IMG/VR virus record: IMGVR_UViG_3300020045_002314
Location: 26,193-90,192 of that record
DNA: 64,000 nt
DNA from: a virus
Reading direction: 5' to 3' (one strand)
In this document: piece after piece, positions 48,321 to 59,533 of the stretch
Numbering within the stretch: position 1 is the first letter of the stretch
Layout: each line of letters begins with the position of its first letter
Translations under genes and position numbers: made by a program
The notes under the pieces: generated by a model
The model's database searches: none
What the model was told of the DNA's origin: nothing
Seen by the model: the letters and a program-made list of their open reading frames with translations, nothing else

Positions 48321-48795
48321 TTTATGAATTCCTAATACGATGTTTCAAAATAATTGTTGACGGGAGGTATTTCACTTCAAATACCATGAGTGTCCTATGT
48401 GCGAGGTGGTTCTCTAATACAATTTTTTACAGTATAAATTGAACGTATTAAAATATTAATATAAGACCTTCTCTTTAACTTCCTATTAATCCTTCACTAA
48501 CTTTTATAAAACTTCGTCCTTATCTTTCTAAAGGGGTCTTTTAAAAATCTATAAAAAGGGTGTACCTAGATACCTTACCTCATCTTTTAAATTAACTCTT
48601 TAACCTTCTACTAATTCTTCTATTAATATCTTTATTTTATTATATATTTTACTATATCTTTTTACATTATTAAATATACCTATAAATCTTATTATTTTTG
48701 TATATATTACAAGATTATTAAATATTTATATAAATTTATATATTAATTTACAAATGTTAAAAAATGTTAAAAGATTAATAATAATTACAGATATA

Positions 48796-48827
48796 TTTGC
48801 TTTGTATTGAAAAAAAGGTTAGCTTTG
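48796..48827 (+). promoter_or_regulatory. Bacteroidota-type promoter, distal, for the structural module
   Basis: TTTG-N20-TAGCTTTG. Confidence 0.55.
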
Positions 48828-48996
48828 TGCATTCTTAAAGCAAACAGCAAGCTATATAAACAATTTTACACCTTATTATATATAGCATTCAATTTTCTAA
48901 AATCTTTCATTAAATAATCTAATTTTATAAAATATCATTAAGATATTGTAATATATAATAAAAATTATTATATTTATAAAAAAAATACATTATTTA

Positions 48997-49029
48997 CTTG
49001 ACAATGTATATACAATTAGATTACATTTG
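48997..49029 (+). promoter_or_regulatory. Bacteroidota-type promoter, proximal, for the structural module
   Basis: cTTG-N21-TACATTTG, ~50 nt upstream of ATG 49081. Confidence 0.6.
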
Positions 49030-49080
49030 TCTTACAATTAAAAACAACTAAAATTATAACACTAATTAAAAATTCAAACA

Positions 49081-49728
49081 ATGGAATTAAAATTAAATGA
49101 TTATTTTACACTAACTATAATTGAAAAAGATAATACTGTTAAATCAGATATTATAGTAGGAGTAGATACAAATATTAAAATACCAAAAGGTGGAACTGCT
49201 AAAGAACAACTTTTAGTTACAGATAAAGGTATTGAAATATCTAAAGTAGATAAAGTATCAGCACAGACTTCTAATAGAAATAGAATGGCTGTTAAAAATG
49301 TAAATGATTATGATGTTAATTTAAATATTGATGTAGAAAGTTTTAAACAATGGTTAGATAAAGACTTTATATTAAAAGATACTAATTATGTAATCGTTGA
49401 AAGAAAAGTATATATATCTATGATAGATGTATATCACCAAGCTAGAATAGGTGAATTTCCTGAAAGAGTAATTAGAGGTGTAGAAAATACAATTATTAAA
49501 TCTACAACTCCTGAATTAGTAGGAAAGAAATATATTGTAGGAATGATGGATGCTGATAGAATTTTAGATAAACAATTTAATCAAGTTGGAACAATAGCAT
49601 TAGTAGATTTTATTAATACACTTCATCCATCTGATAAATTGTTATTAGCACAGTGTAAACATTTAGAGAATTTAGTTATATCTGATTTCTATACTTTAAA
49701 TGTTACACATATTGTAGGAACTTATTAA
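49081..49728 (+). CDS. Hypothetical protein, first gene of the late module
   Basis: 215-aa ORF. Confidence 0.65.
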   Translation: MELKLNDYFTLTIIEKDNTVKSDIIVGVDTNIKIPKGGTAKEQLLVTDKGIEISKVDKVSAQTSNRNRMAVKNVNDYDVNLNIDVESFKQWLDKDFILKDTNYVIVERKVYISMIDVYHQARIGEFPERVIRGVENTIIKSTTPELVGKKYIVGMMDADRILDKQFNQVGTIALVDFINTLHPSDKLLLAQCKHLENLVISDFYTLNVTHIVGTY

Positions 49729-49746
49729 ACTTTAAATAAGCTAATT

Positions 49747-50325
49747 ATGTTAATTGATTATGATGTAGAAGTAAATAGTAAGATTGGTATTATAAACAAA
49801 TATACAACCAATCCTGAATTAGAATATCTTAATTTAAATCCTAAAGGTAGGAATGTACAAACAGAATCAAGAGAATCTATAACACTTAATAATGTTATCA
49901 ATCTTACTATTTCAAAATTTGATAATATCAAAGCATCTACAGATAAGCAAGATATACAAGAATTAGAAAGAATTAAATCTTTAGATAATGCTGATAAATA
50001 CTTTTTAATTAAGGAATTATTAAGATTTCAAGCATGGGTTGTTAGAAAATATATTTATAAGAATATAAATATAAGTTTACCAAAGTTAGGTACATTTGTA
50101 TTTAATCATTATAAAATGATAGCAATAAATGTAACAGATAAATTTAAAGATATTGAAGATTATGATATACATAATTTAATAAAAGGTGAATTTAAAAAAC
50201 ATTATGATTTACAACAAGAATATAAAATGTTAAAGAAATCAAGTTTTAATTTTACACCACTTACAGGTATTAATTTATTAAATTATAATGTAGATATTAA
50301 ACCAACATTTATTAAATATTATTAA
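49747..50325 (+). CDS. Possible HU/IHF-like DNA-binding protein
   Basis: NISLPKLGTF resembles the HU/IHF beta-strand signature; similar genes lie near the terminase in crAss-like phages. Confidence 0.4.
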   Translation: MLIDYDVEVNSKIGIINKYTTNPELEYLNLNPKGRNVQTESRESITLNNVINLTISKFDNIKASTDKQDIQELERIKSLDNADKYFLIKELLRFQAWVVRKYIYKNINISLPKLGTFVFNHYKMIAINVTDKFKDIEDYDIHNLIKGEFKKHYDLQQEYKMLKKSSFNFTPLTGINLLNYNVDIKPTFIKYY

Positions 50326-50326
50326 A

Positions 50327-50977
50327 ATGTTAGATGTATTAACACCAAATACAGGAAGTTATATTATAAACTTAGATAGTGGAAGTGCTACTGTTAGCCT
50401 TCCACTTTTAGTTAAAGAAATAAGGGACGTATATAATAAATATAAAAATAAAGATGAAGCTTTAAAATATATTTCCTATGCTTTATATATGAAACATTAT
50501 AGAAGTGAAGGAAATATACAAGGGCTTACAGAAAATGAAAAACATAAACGTGCTTGTTATAATTTAGAACTACCAAATGAATATAAACCAACAGAGGATA
50601 TAATTCAATTAATGGAGTATATTAATTATGACATGACTAAAGGTATTTATGGTTTATTAATTCAAACTAATAAGAATTTTGAATTAACTAGACAAACTGT
50701 AGTATTATTAAATAAAGCTTCTGAAATTCAATTAGAAGCTATTACTGCAATATTAGATAAAAATGTAATAACAAAAGAAGAAGCAATTCAGTTATCTACA
50801 GCTAGTAAAGAATTATTAGGTAATTTAAAAGAAGCTAGAAATTTAAATTTAACACTAGATGGAGATATTAAAGTATATAAAGAATTAGTTGCTAAATTAA
50901 TTAAGACTGAAACAAATATTGCATTAGCACATGGTGGAGGTCAAATACCTGAAACTGCAATTCCTAGAAGAAAATAA
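50327..50977 (+). CDS. Hypothetical packaging-module protein
   Basis: 216 aa, helical, upstream of the nuclease and terminase. Confidence 0.55.
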   Translation: MLDVLTPNTGSYIINLDSGSATVSLPLLVKEIRDVYNKYKNKDEALKYISYALYMKHYRSEGNIQGLTENEKHKRACYNLELPNEYKPTEDIIQLMEYINYDMTKGIYGLLIQTNKNFELTRQTVVLLNKASEIQLEAITAILDKNVITKEEAIQLSTASKELLGNLKEARNLNLTLDGDIKVYKELVAKLIKTETNIALAHGGGQIPETAIPRRK

Positions 50978-50978
50978 T

Positions 50979-51965
50979 ATGGATTATTCAAATTTTAAAT
51001 TAAAATTCAATCCTGACTTCCATAAATATATAGATAATAATGGTGGAGTATATACAAGTATGACTACTGTTATTGGTAAATATGTTCCTAAGTTTGAAAG
51101 TGAAAAAGTAGCTTTAGCTTGTAGTCGTAAACGTGGACATAGATATTATGGTAAATCAGTAAAAGAAATATTAGAGATTTGGGGTGAATATACAGATGTT
51201 GCTTTAGAAAAAGGTAATAGAACTCATAATCATTTAGAATCAATTGTTAAACAATCTACTAATTTTAAATTTGTAGAAGTAATAGATTCTAAAAAATATC
51301 AAACTTTATATACAATTACAGATGTATTAACAGGAGAACATAAAGGTATCTTAGATGTTGATTTATTCTTAGGTTCAGGTATTAAAGATAAATATCCTAG
51401 AATTTATAGATTGTTTATGAAGTTACATGAAATGGGTTATTCATTCTTTAGTGAATTAGGTGTATTTTCATTAGAACATTATATATCAGGATTAATAGAT
51501 ATTATTGCTATTAATCTTACAACTAAAACATTTATTATAGTTGACTGGAAAACTAATAAAGATAAATTAATACCATTAAGTAATTATTCATTAAGATTAA
51601 AAAGTGGTTATTATGAAAAAGATAAGTTTGGTAATCAAACTGAAAATTATATATTCACAAATAAGAAATTCCATAGTCCTTTAATACAACTTGAAACATC
51701 TACTTATAATAAGTATAATCTACAATTATCAGGTTATGCAAATTTAGCTAGTAGATTTGGATTAACTTGTGAAGGATTATATCTATGTCATATATTAGAA
51801 AATTATAAGTATTCTGAAACAGATATTGAAGTTCAAAGATTTAATGATTTATTAGGTAAAGATAGAACTGATATTTATGAAATGGAAGATTATAATCCTT
51901 ATGTTATACAAATGTTTAATCATTTTAAAACTACAAACCAATTTCAATCAGTATTACAATTATGA
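50979..51965 (+). CDS. PD-(D/E)xK nuclease
   Basis: H.Y...Y.SMTTVI, GN.TH, SGLID...IVDWKT, Y.LQLS.Y; ATG at 50979 follows the upstream stop. Confidence 0.8.
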   Translation: MDYSNFKLKFNPDFHKYIDNNGGVYTSMTTVIGKYVPKFESEKVALACSRKRGHRYYGKSVKEILEIWGEYTDVALEKGNRTHNHLESIVKQSTNFKFVEVIDSKKYQTLYTITDVLTGEHKGILDVDLFLGSGIKDKYPRIYRLFMKLHEMGYSFFSELGVFSLEHYISGLIDIIAINLTTKTFIIVDWKTNKDKLIPLSNYSLRLKSGYYEKDKFGNQTENYIFTNKKFHSPLIQLETSTYNKYNLQLSGYANLASRFGLTCEGLYLCHILENYKYSETDIEVQRFNDLLGKDRTDIYEMEDYNPYVIQMFNHFKTTNQFQSVLQL

Positions 51966-54253
51966 TAGATGATGAAGTATTAGATGTAGAAGCAATAGAA
52001 GAAATAGATTTAGAACCATTTAAGAAATATATAGATGAAGATAAATCTAAATATAAACGTGCTTGTGATTGTATTAATCCTAAGACTAGAAAGAATTATA
52101 TAGATAAAGATAATGATTTCTTAGTAGGAGAATCAGGTGGTTTTCTTTTAAATATAAATTTTACATTTGTTAATACACATCTATTTAGAGAAGTTGGTAG
52201 GTTTTATGAAGAACATGGTAGTTTTACATTAGCTGATGAAGGTACTATCGAATATAGACAATTTATAGATAGAGAAGAAGATAGACGTTTTTATGGTATT
52301 ACAAGACCTTGTAAAAAGTTAAAAGATGGTACAATTGTAGATTTAAGAATTACAGGTAATCATTATAACTTTGTTAACTATGGTCGTATAAAGAAATATG
52401 ATAGACGTAAAAAGAAATCTTCTGATGATGCTAAAAAGATATTTGGTACACCTGAATTCTTTGATAGTCAATATTGGGTATTTAAAATTAAAGAATTTTG
52501 TAAAGCAAATGGATTTAATTATATAATACTAAAGTCAAGACGTAAAGGGATGTCTTATATAGAAGGTGTAGATAGTGCTAATATATTAAATCTAAACCCT
52601 GATAGTGTTATTATTCATGCTGCTTATGATACTAAATATTTAACTAAAGCAGGTGCTATTACTAATATGGCACAACGACAATTAAATTTTTATGAATTAA
52701 TAACACCTTTTAAAAGAGGTGCATTAGATAAAAATGGAAATCCTAAAGGTTTATTAAAGAAAGAAATAACTAACTTAATAGTAGGTTATAAAGATGCAAA
52801 TAATAATGATGCAGGTTACTTAAGTACATTGTTTACAGTTAGTACTAATGGTAATCCTGATGCTGCATCAGGTAAAGATGCTGTAGAAATTAAATGTGAT
52901 GAATTAAATACATTTCCTAATTTTACAGATTTTATGACTATGACAAATCCTACAACAACAACTGGTGCTTTTAAAACAGGAGTTATTTCTGCTTTTGGTA
53001 CAGGTGGTACAAAAGAAGGTAATTGGCAAGAATTTGAAAAACATTTCTTAGACCCAAATAATATGGACTTTATGCCATTTGAAAATGTATGGGATGAAAA
53101 TAGTCGTAATGAAGTTACAGGTTTCTTTTTACCTTATTGGTGGGGATTAGAAGGTACAGATGAAAATGATGAATGGAGTATAGATATAGATGGTAATACA
53201 AATTATAATATTGCTTTAAATGTATCTAACTATGAACGTGCAATTAAATTACAACGTGTTGGTTTAACAAGTGATTATATTTCATATGTATCACAATTTT
53301 GTAATCGAGCAGGTGAAGCATTTAATTCAGGTTCAGAAAAGATATTAAGTTCTTTAGAATTAAAAGAACATATAAATGATTTAAAAACAAATAGTGATTA
53401 TAAGTATTATATGGATGGTACTGTAATTACTACTAAACTAGGTGTAGCATTTAAAACTAATGCTCAATTAAATGAAATTGATAAGAAGTTAGTACATCCT
53501 TTTATAGATAAAGTTCCATTTGATAGTAATGACGATATTAAAGGTTGTGTTAGAATTTATAGAATACCTTATCGTGATATAGAAGGTAATGTACCACAAA
53601 GAGTATATTTTGTAACATATGACCCTTATGGTGCAAGTATTGAACAAGGTGAAATAACAGATAAACATTCATTAGCTTCTATTCAAGTATGGACTTATCC
53701 TAATGCTTATAATATTACAGATAGAATTATAGTAGCTGAATACAGAGGTAGATTAAATACTACAGAAGAATGTGATGAATTATGTATTAAAATAGCTGAT
53801 TATTATAATGCTAAAATATTAGCTGAAATGGATAGAGGTACTATGTTAGCTACTTGTAAGAAATTAAAGAAATTAAATATATTATTAAGTGACCCTACAG
53901 ATGCTACTAAAAGTAGAAGTAGGAAAAGTAAAAAGAATACTAATTATGGTATGGTATTAGGTTCTACTAAACGTAAATTTGATGGTATAATATTTTTAAA
54001 AGATTTATTATATGAACCTATATCTATAGGTGAAGATGGTATGAGATTTAGAAGATTTCATAATATACATTCTTTAGTATTTTGTAGAGAATGTGATAAG
54101 TTTTCTAATAAAGGAAACTATGATACTGTAAGTACAGGTATATTAGCAGGTTATGAATTAAATAATTTTGCAGTACATAGTAAGATTAAAACTACTAATG
54201 TTGATAGTAGTGTAAAGAAATTAAGCCAATTGTTATTAAAAAATAAAAATTAA
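51962..54253 (+). CDS. terL: Terminase large subunit
   Basis: LKSRRKGMSY (Walker A region), CDE (Walker B), FGTGG, and nuclease-domain TYDPY. Confidence 0.88.
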   Translation: MIDDEVLDVEAIEEIDLEPFKKYIDEDKSKYKRACDCINPKTRKNYIDKDNDFLVGESGGFLLNINFTFVNTHLFREVGRFYEEHGSFTLADEGTIEYRQFIDREEDRRFYGITRPCKKLKDGTIVDLRITGNHYNFVNYGRIKKYDRRKKKSSDDAKKIFGTPEFFDSQYWVFKIKEFCKANGFNYIILKSRRKGMSYIEGVDSANILNLNPDSVIIHAAYDTKYLTKAGAITNMAQRQLNFYELITPFKRGALDKNGNPKGLLKKEITNLIVGYKDANNNDAGYLSTLFTVSTNGNPDAASGKDAVEIKCDELNTFPNFTDFMTMTNPTTTTGAFKTGVISAFGTGGTKEGNWQEFEKHFLDPNNMDFMPFENVWDENSRNEVTGFFLPYWWGLEGTDENDEWSIDIDGNTNYNIALNVSNYERAIKLQRVGLTSDYISYVSQFCNRAGEAFNSGSEKILSSLELKEHINDLKTNSDYKYYMDGTVITTKLGVAFKTNAQLNEIDKKLVHPFIDKVPFDSNDDIKGCVRIYRIPYRDIEGNVPQRVYFVTYDPYGASIEQGEITDKHSLASIQVWTYPNAYNITDRIIVAEYRGRLNTTEECDELCIKIADYYNAKILAEMDRGTMLATCKKLKKLNILLSDPTDATKSRSRKSKKNTNYGMVLGSTKRKFDGIIFLKDLLYEPISIGEDGMRFRRFHNIHSLVFCRECDKFSNKGNYDTVSTGILAGYELNNFAVHSKIKTTNVDSSVKKLSQLLLKNKN

Positions 54254-54254
54254 T

Positions 54255-56636
54255 ATGAAAAAACTTAACAGTTATGTTGACCACAATGTATCAAATAATG
54301 AGAAGGATAAACCTACATGGTATATTCCTGCTATAGATTATTATATAGATTTAGCTAACACTTTATCTAATCATTCAGATACAACAATGAATTTAAATAA
54401 CGCTAATGCTATATTTGATAAGAAAACATTTGAGGTAGTATTACAAACTTTAAATTCTACTAATTTTAAAGATGATTTTGAACAAATAGGAGTGTTCAAA
54501 GATATTGATTTAATAACCCCTATTAAAGAAAGATATTTGGGAGAATATATAAGACAACCTGATTTATACACTGTAACTGTAGAAGATGATATTGCAGATA
54601 TTAAACATAATACAGAAGCAGCTGTTAGAATTAAAAATATATTAGTTACAAAATTAGTAGCACTTATAAATCAAAAACGAGAACAAGAACAACAATCTCA
54701 AATTGATGGTGGTGATATGACTATGGCTGATATAGATATTGCAGCAGAATCTAAACGTATTAAAGAAGAATACTTTAATGAGCGTTCAGAAGAAGCTATG
54801 AATATTATAGAATTAATTAAAACTGAATCAAGAGCAAGTGAATTGCTAATACAGAACTTCTTTTATTTATGGGCAACAGAACACGTATATTTTAAAATTA
54901 TACCTACATTAAATAAAGTTGTAATAGAAGTAATACCTCCTTATGAATATAAAAGAATTCCTAATAGTAGTACAATATTTACAGAAGATGATAACGGTGG
55001 AGTACATTCATATAAAATGTCATATGAAGATATATTAAATACATTTAAATCTAAGTTGAAAAAAGAAGATATTGAATATTTAAAAACATTACAAAGTAAA
55101 AATACTAATAGTGGTTTAAATAGAAATAATCTTACACAATTATTAAATAGTAGATATATAGATATAGATAGTGATTTAATTCATAAAGATGGATATATAA
55201 CATCTAATATATCTAATATAAATGATTACAGTGGTAATGTATTTAGCAGTGATAGATTAAGTTATAATGTAGAAGAAGTATATTTTAAAACTAATATTAA
55301 AATAGGTATTTTAACTTATTTAGATAATGTTGGACAAGAACAATCTATGGAAGTTTCTTCTGATTATAAACTTAATAAAGAAAATGGAGATATAAGTATT
55401 GATATTATTGAAAAAGAAGTATTAAGAATAGCTTATAGAATAGGTGGTAAATTAACAGGTATTTATATTAAACCTGAGGGCTTTGCTGTACAACGTAATG
55501 AATTAGAAAATAGATATTCTAGTAAGTTACCAATCATAGGAGTATCTAATTTATTAGTAGATTATAATAAGAAACCTATCCCTACAAGAGTAATGCCTTA
55601 TCATATATTTTATATATTGTTAACAATAAGAATTAATCAAGAGATTGCTAGGTTTAATGGATATATAAATTTATTACCTGATTCTATATTTGAAGATAAT
55701 GACCATTTTACAAAGACTGAAAGATTAAACTATATGTTTCAATCTAGATTATTAATGTTTAATGATGAAGAAGTAGATTTAAATGTTTTAAATGCAATGA
55801 AATCTATAGGTAATGATTCTTTTAATTATCTTAAAACATTATATGAAGTACGAGATAACTTTAAAAAAGAAGCATGGGATGTAGCAAATATGAATGATGC
55901 TAGATATGGTGATATTGATACACGTGGTGGTAAAGGTAATACACAAGAAGCAATTATTAGAATGAGTACTGCATCTTTATTATTATTTTCAACCTATGAT
56001 TATGTTAAAGAAAGATTATATCAAGCTATTGCTGATTATGGTAGATTAGTATATGTAGATGGTATTAAAAAGAGTTTTAAAAATAAAGATGGTAAGATAG
56101 TAAATCTTAATGTTACACATGAAGAATTATTATATAAAGAAATAGGAATTAATGTAACTTTATCACAACAAGAATTAGAGAAGATTAATTTCTTAAAACA
56201 AAATATACCACAAGCTGCTATGCAAAATAATGAATATCGTTTAGCAATAGAAGCTAGTGTTAGTGATAATCCTGGTGAATTACGTAAACTTGTAACACAA
56301 TTAGATGAAGCTAATAAGAAACGTGAATTATATAAAGAACAATTAAAAGCAGAAGTAGAAAAATATAAAGAAGAATCACAAAATAAACGTAGTGAATTTG
56401 AATATAATAAAGCTATTGATGTTGAAACTTTAAAAGGTGAATATGGATTATTAGAGAAAGATAAAGATATTCTTATGAAGATGGTTGAATTTAATTCATT
56501 TAATCCTGATAGTAATTTATATACAGCAGATGCTAATCAATTAGAAGAAGAAATTAAACGTAAGAAATCAATGTTATTAGATATGGAAATGAAACTTAAA
56601 AATAAACAAATAAATGAAAAGAAAGGAGGAAGTTAA
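54255..56636 (+). CDS. Portal protein
   Basis: 793 aa directly after terL, with coiled-coil C-terminus; matches crAss-like gene order. Confidence 0.75.
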   Translation: MKKLNSYVDHNVSNNEKDKPTWYIPAIDYYIDLANTLSNHSDTTMNLNNANAIFDKKTFEVVLQTLNSTNFKDDFEQIGVFKDIDLITPIKERYLGEYIRQPDLYTVTVEDDIADIKHNTEAAVRIKNILVTKLVALINQKREQEQQSQIDGGDMTMADIDIAAESKRIKEEYFNERSEEAMNIIELIKTESRASELLIQNFFYLWATEHVYFKIIPTLNKVVIEVIPPYEYKRIPNSSTIFTEDDNGGVHSYKMSYEDILNTFKSKLKKEDIEYLKTLQSKNTNSGLNRNNLTQLLNSRYIDIDSDLIHKDGYITSNISNINDYSGNVFSSDRLSYNVEEVYFKTNIKIGILTYLDNVGQEQSMEVSSDYKLNKENGDISIDIIEKEVLRIAYRIGGKLTGIYIKPEGFAVQRNELENRYSSKLPIIGVSNLLVDYNKKPIPTRVMPYHIFYILLTIRINQEIARFNGYINLLPDSIFEDNDHFTKTERLNYMFQSRLLMFNDEEVDLNVLNAMKSIGNDSFNYLKTLYEVRDNFKKEAWDVANMNDARYGDIDTRGGKGNTQEAIIRMSTASLLLFSTYDYVKERLYQAIADYGRLVYVDGIKKSFKNKDGKIVNLNVTHEELLYKEIGINVTLSQQELEKINFLKQNIPQAAMQNNEYRLAIEASVSDNPGELRKLVTQLDEANKKRELYKEQLKAEVEKYKEESQNKRSEFEYNKAIDVETLKGEYGLLEKDKDILMKMVEFNSFNPDSNLYTADANQLEEEIKRKKSMLLDMEMKLKNKQINEKKGGS

Positions 56637-56773
56637 TGAAACGATATACAGTAATGTTCTAAGTGAATTGAGAATAATTTTATGACAAAATATAAGAATT
56701 TATAATACCTTATTATATTATAAATTTGTAGATACATATATAAATAAAAACTAATACACAAAAGTAAAAATTT

Positions 56774-57967
56774 ATGGTTACAATAGAAAATGTAGAATAT
56801 AAAGTTGATGAAACAACTGGAGATATTCTAAATCAAGATGGTACAGTATTCAAAACTAAAGCAGATTATGAAGCATCTATAAATCAATCAGCAGATAACG
56901 ATGATGTTGATATTATTAAAATAGATGGAGTTGAATATAAATTTAATGAAACAGGTGATGCATTAAATGCTGATGGTACAGTATTTAAGACAAAAGCTGA
57001 ATTAGATAAACTTATAGAAGATTATGAAAATTCTACTTTAGATATTAATAAAATAGCTGACCAAACTAATTTGTTCATTGAAAAAGATGGTGCTAAAGTC
57101 GTATATGAAAATACAGCAGAAGGTATTGCTACTTATACTAACGATGTATATTTAAAAGGTAAAGAAGAAGCAGCTAAAGAAACTCTAACAGGGTTATTTA
57201 ATGAAATGCCAATTGTTAAATCTTTTATTGATTATGTTACAGTAAAAGGTACACATGAAGGTTTTGGAGAAACTGTTAAATATACAAATTTTGAAGTTAC
57301 AGATAAAACTGATGCTTATACTTTAGAATCTATTATTAAAAATAGTAGATTGAAAAAAGGAGATACAGAAGAACAAGCTGATAGATATGTTAAATATGTT
57401 AAAAGTGATAACAAAACATTAGAAGAAGCTAAAGTAGAATTAGCATATTTACAAAAGATTGAGAAATCAATTAATGATAATAATGCTAAAATTATTGCAG
57501 ACCAAGAACAAGCTAAAGTTGATAGTTATAATAAAGTTAAAAATGATTTTATTAATTCTGTAAAATCAGGTGTATATAAGTTAAATAATACTGAATATGC
57601 AATACCTCAACAATTAAAAGTACGACAAGAAAATGGCACAACTACTGTTGTACCTAGAGAAGCTTTAATAGACTATATGTTTAAAGAAGTAGATATAGAT
57701 ATAAATGGTAAAAGAGTTAAAGCTACTAAATATGAATTCGATACATATCTTAGAGAAAAGAATAGGAGTATTGGTGATGATATTTATGAAGCTTTAAAAT
57801 TATTTACTAAGAGTTTAGATAATGAACTATTAGATAATGTTATTAAAACTAAAAAAGCTAAAGAAATTAGAGAAATAATTACAACTAATTTAAATAAAAG
57901 TGGTAATAATAACAATAACAATAATAACAATTCAAGACCCAAGATTATATTAACTCATGGGAAATAA
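56774..57967 (+). CDS. Putative scaffold/capsid-assembly protein
   Basis: Acidic 397-aa protein between portal and capsid genes, with an N-terminal tandem repeat. Confidence 0.5.
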   Translation: MVTIENVEYKVDETTGDILNQDGTVFKTKADYEASINQSADNDDVDIIKIDGVEYKFNETGDALNADGTVFKTKAELDKLIEDYENSTLDINKIADQTNLFIEKDGAKVVYENTAEGIATYTNDVYLKGKEEAAKETLTGLFNEMPIVKSFIDYVTVKGTHEGFGETVKYTNFEVTDKTDAYTLESIIKNSRLKKGDTEEQADRYVKYVKSDNKTLEEAKVELAYLQKIEKSINDNNAKIIADQEQAKVDSYNKVKNDFINSVKSGVYKLNNTEYAIPQQLKVRQENGTTTVVPREALIDYMFKEVDIDINGKRVKATKYEFDTYLREKNRSIGDDIYEALKLFTKSLDNELLDNVIKTKKAKEIREIITTNLNKSGNNNNNNNNNSRPKIILTHGK

Positions 57968-57993
57968 ATAATAAATTAATAAATTAATTAAAA

Positions 57994-59472
57994 ATGAGAG
58001 AACTTAGAAATCAAGAATTTAATAATGCTGAATATGTAGATGAAAATTTCTTATATTCAGGTAAATTATTAGGCGTTGATACTATAGGTAAAGAACTTAC
58101 TTACTTACAAGGTAAAGATACAGATATGTATCCTCTTACTTTTTTAACAGAAGGTTCAGGAAATATAGTATCTAAGAAACTTGCTCTAAATGATACCCAA
58201 TATACTTGGGATGTTATGGGTAAGATGAAATATACAAATCGTGTTGTAGGACTTTATGATAGTAATGTTACAACAGCTGGTAAAGGACATACTCCTTTTA
58301 AAGTTTATTTTGAAACAGCACAATTTCCTAAAGACCATACAGCATTAACTCCTGACCATGCTCATTTAGTACGTATTCAAGGTGAACCACAGAAACTTGC
58401 TAATAACAAGTTTTTATATACTATGGTAATTATTAGTGCAGACCCTAGTGAGTATATTTCTTTAGATAACTTCTTAGCAGGTAATGCATGGGTTATGAAC
58501 TCACCTATTGTAGCTTTAAGTAAATCTACTGGTAATAGAAGTAATAGAACAACTCCTGGTAAACTTACTAATCAAATGTCTTTACATAGACATAGTTTAG
58601 AAATTGCAGGTAATATTTCTAATAAAGCTACTGTATATGAATTTGATACAGAAGGTGGTGGTAAAACTAAAATGTGGATGCCCGAAGAAATGCGTCAATT
58701 TAACATTACTCGTAAAGTAATGGATGAACAGAACTTATGGATTAGTAAATATAATCGTAATGAGTTTGGTGTAATTACAACAATTGATGATGAAACTGGA
58801 CAACCTATTCCAATGGGAGCAGGTGTTAAAGAACAAATTAAAGCATCAGGTAATTATAGTACATATACTGAATTATCTATTGATATGCTTGAAAGTATGA
58901 TTGATAGAATTTATATGAATCGTACTAGTGAAGGTGACCCTGAAATCGTAATTTATGCAGGTAAAGGGTTTAAACGTATGTTTCATGATGCAATTAAATC
59001 TAAAGCTACAAATGGTAGTACTTATTATGAAAGATTAGGTGATGCTGAAATTAAAGAATTAGGTTTAAATTTACAATATGGTAGATATTTTAATTCTTAT
59101 AGAACTATAGACAATCGTATTATTACAATTGCTGATTGTGGTGTATTTGATAAAGGTGCTATTGCACAAATGGATATTGAGAATAATAATACTTATCGTA
59201 ATCTTGCTATAGATTCTTATACAGGTATTTTCTTAGACCATTCATTAGATTCTGAATCAGGTTCTAATAATATTCAAATGGTAACTGAAAAAGGTAGAGA
59301 ATTGTTAACAGGTATTTATAGAGGTATGTCACCACTTCCAGACGTATGGGGTGCAGTACCACAAGGTACTTTAGGAACAACTAAAGATATTGCTTCTTAT
59401 GAAATGATGTATAGTCGTGGTATTGCAATGAAAAATAATACTACTTCTTTCATGTGGGAATTTGGAAGATAA
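57994..59472 (+). CDS. Major capsid protein
   Basis: 492 aa; YPLTFLTEG, YTW..MG, IP.GAG..EQI features; position two genes after the portal as in crAss-like phages. Confidence 0.8.
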   Translation: MRELRNQEFNNAEYVDENFLYSGKLLGVDTIGKELTYLQGKDTDMYPLTFLTEGSGNIVSKKLALNDTQYTWDVMGKMKYTNRVVGLYDSNVTTAGKGHTPFKVYFETAQFPKDHTALTPDHAHLVRIQGEPQKLANNKFLYTMVIISADPSEYISLDNFLAGNAWVMNSPIVALSKSTGNRSNRTTPGKLTNQMSLHRHSLEIAGNISNKATVYEFDTEGGGKTKMWMPEEMRQFNITRKVMDEQNLWISKYNRNEFGVITTIDDETGQPIPMGAGVKEQIKASGNYSTYTELSIDMLESMIDRIYMNRTSEGDPEIVIYAGKGFKRMFHDAIKSKATNGSTYYERLGDAEIKELGLNLQYGRYFNSYRTIDNRIITIADCGVFDKGAIAQMDIENNNTYRNLAIDSYTGIFLDHSLDSESGSNNIQMVTEKGRELLTGIYRGMSPLPDVWGAVPQGTLGTTKDIASYEMMYSRGIAMKNNTTSFMWEFGR

Positions 59473-59533
59473 TATATACTTTAATTATTAAAGTTAAAAA
59501 AGGAATAAACTTAAAAAACATATAATTATATAA

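Noticed and set aside
26934-54253. Inteins or introns in PolB, helicases or terminase
   Set aside because: The ORFs are continuous and of ordinary length, and I saw no intein or homing-endonuclease motifs.
57905-57932. AAT/AAC microsatellite
   Set aside because: It encodes a poly-Asn linker with mixed codons, i.e. low-complexity protein sequence.
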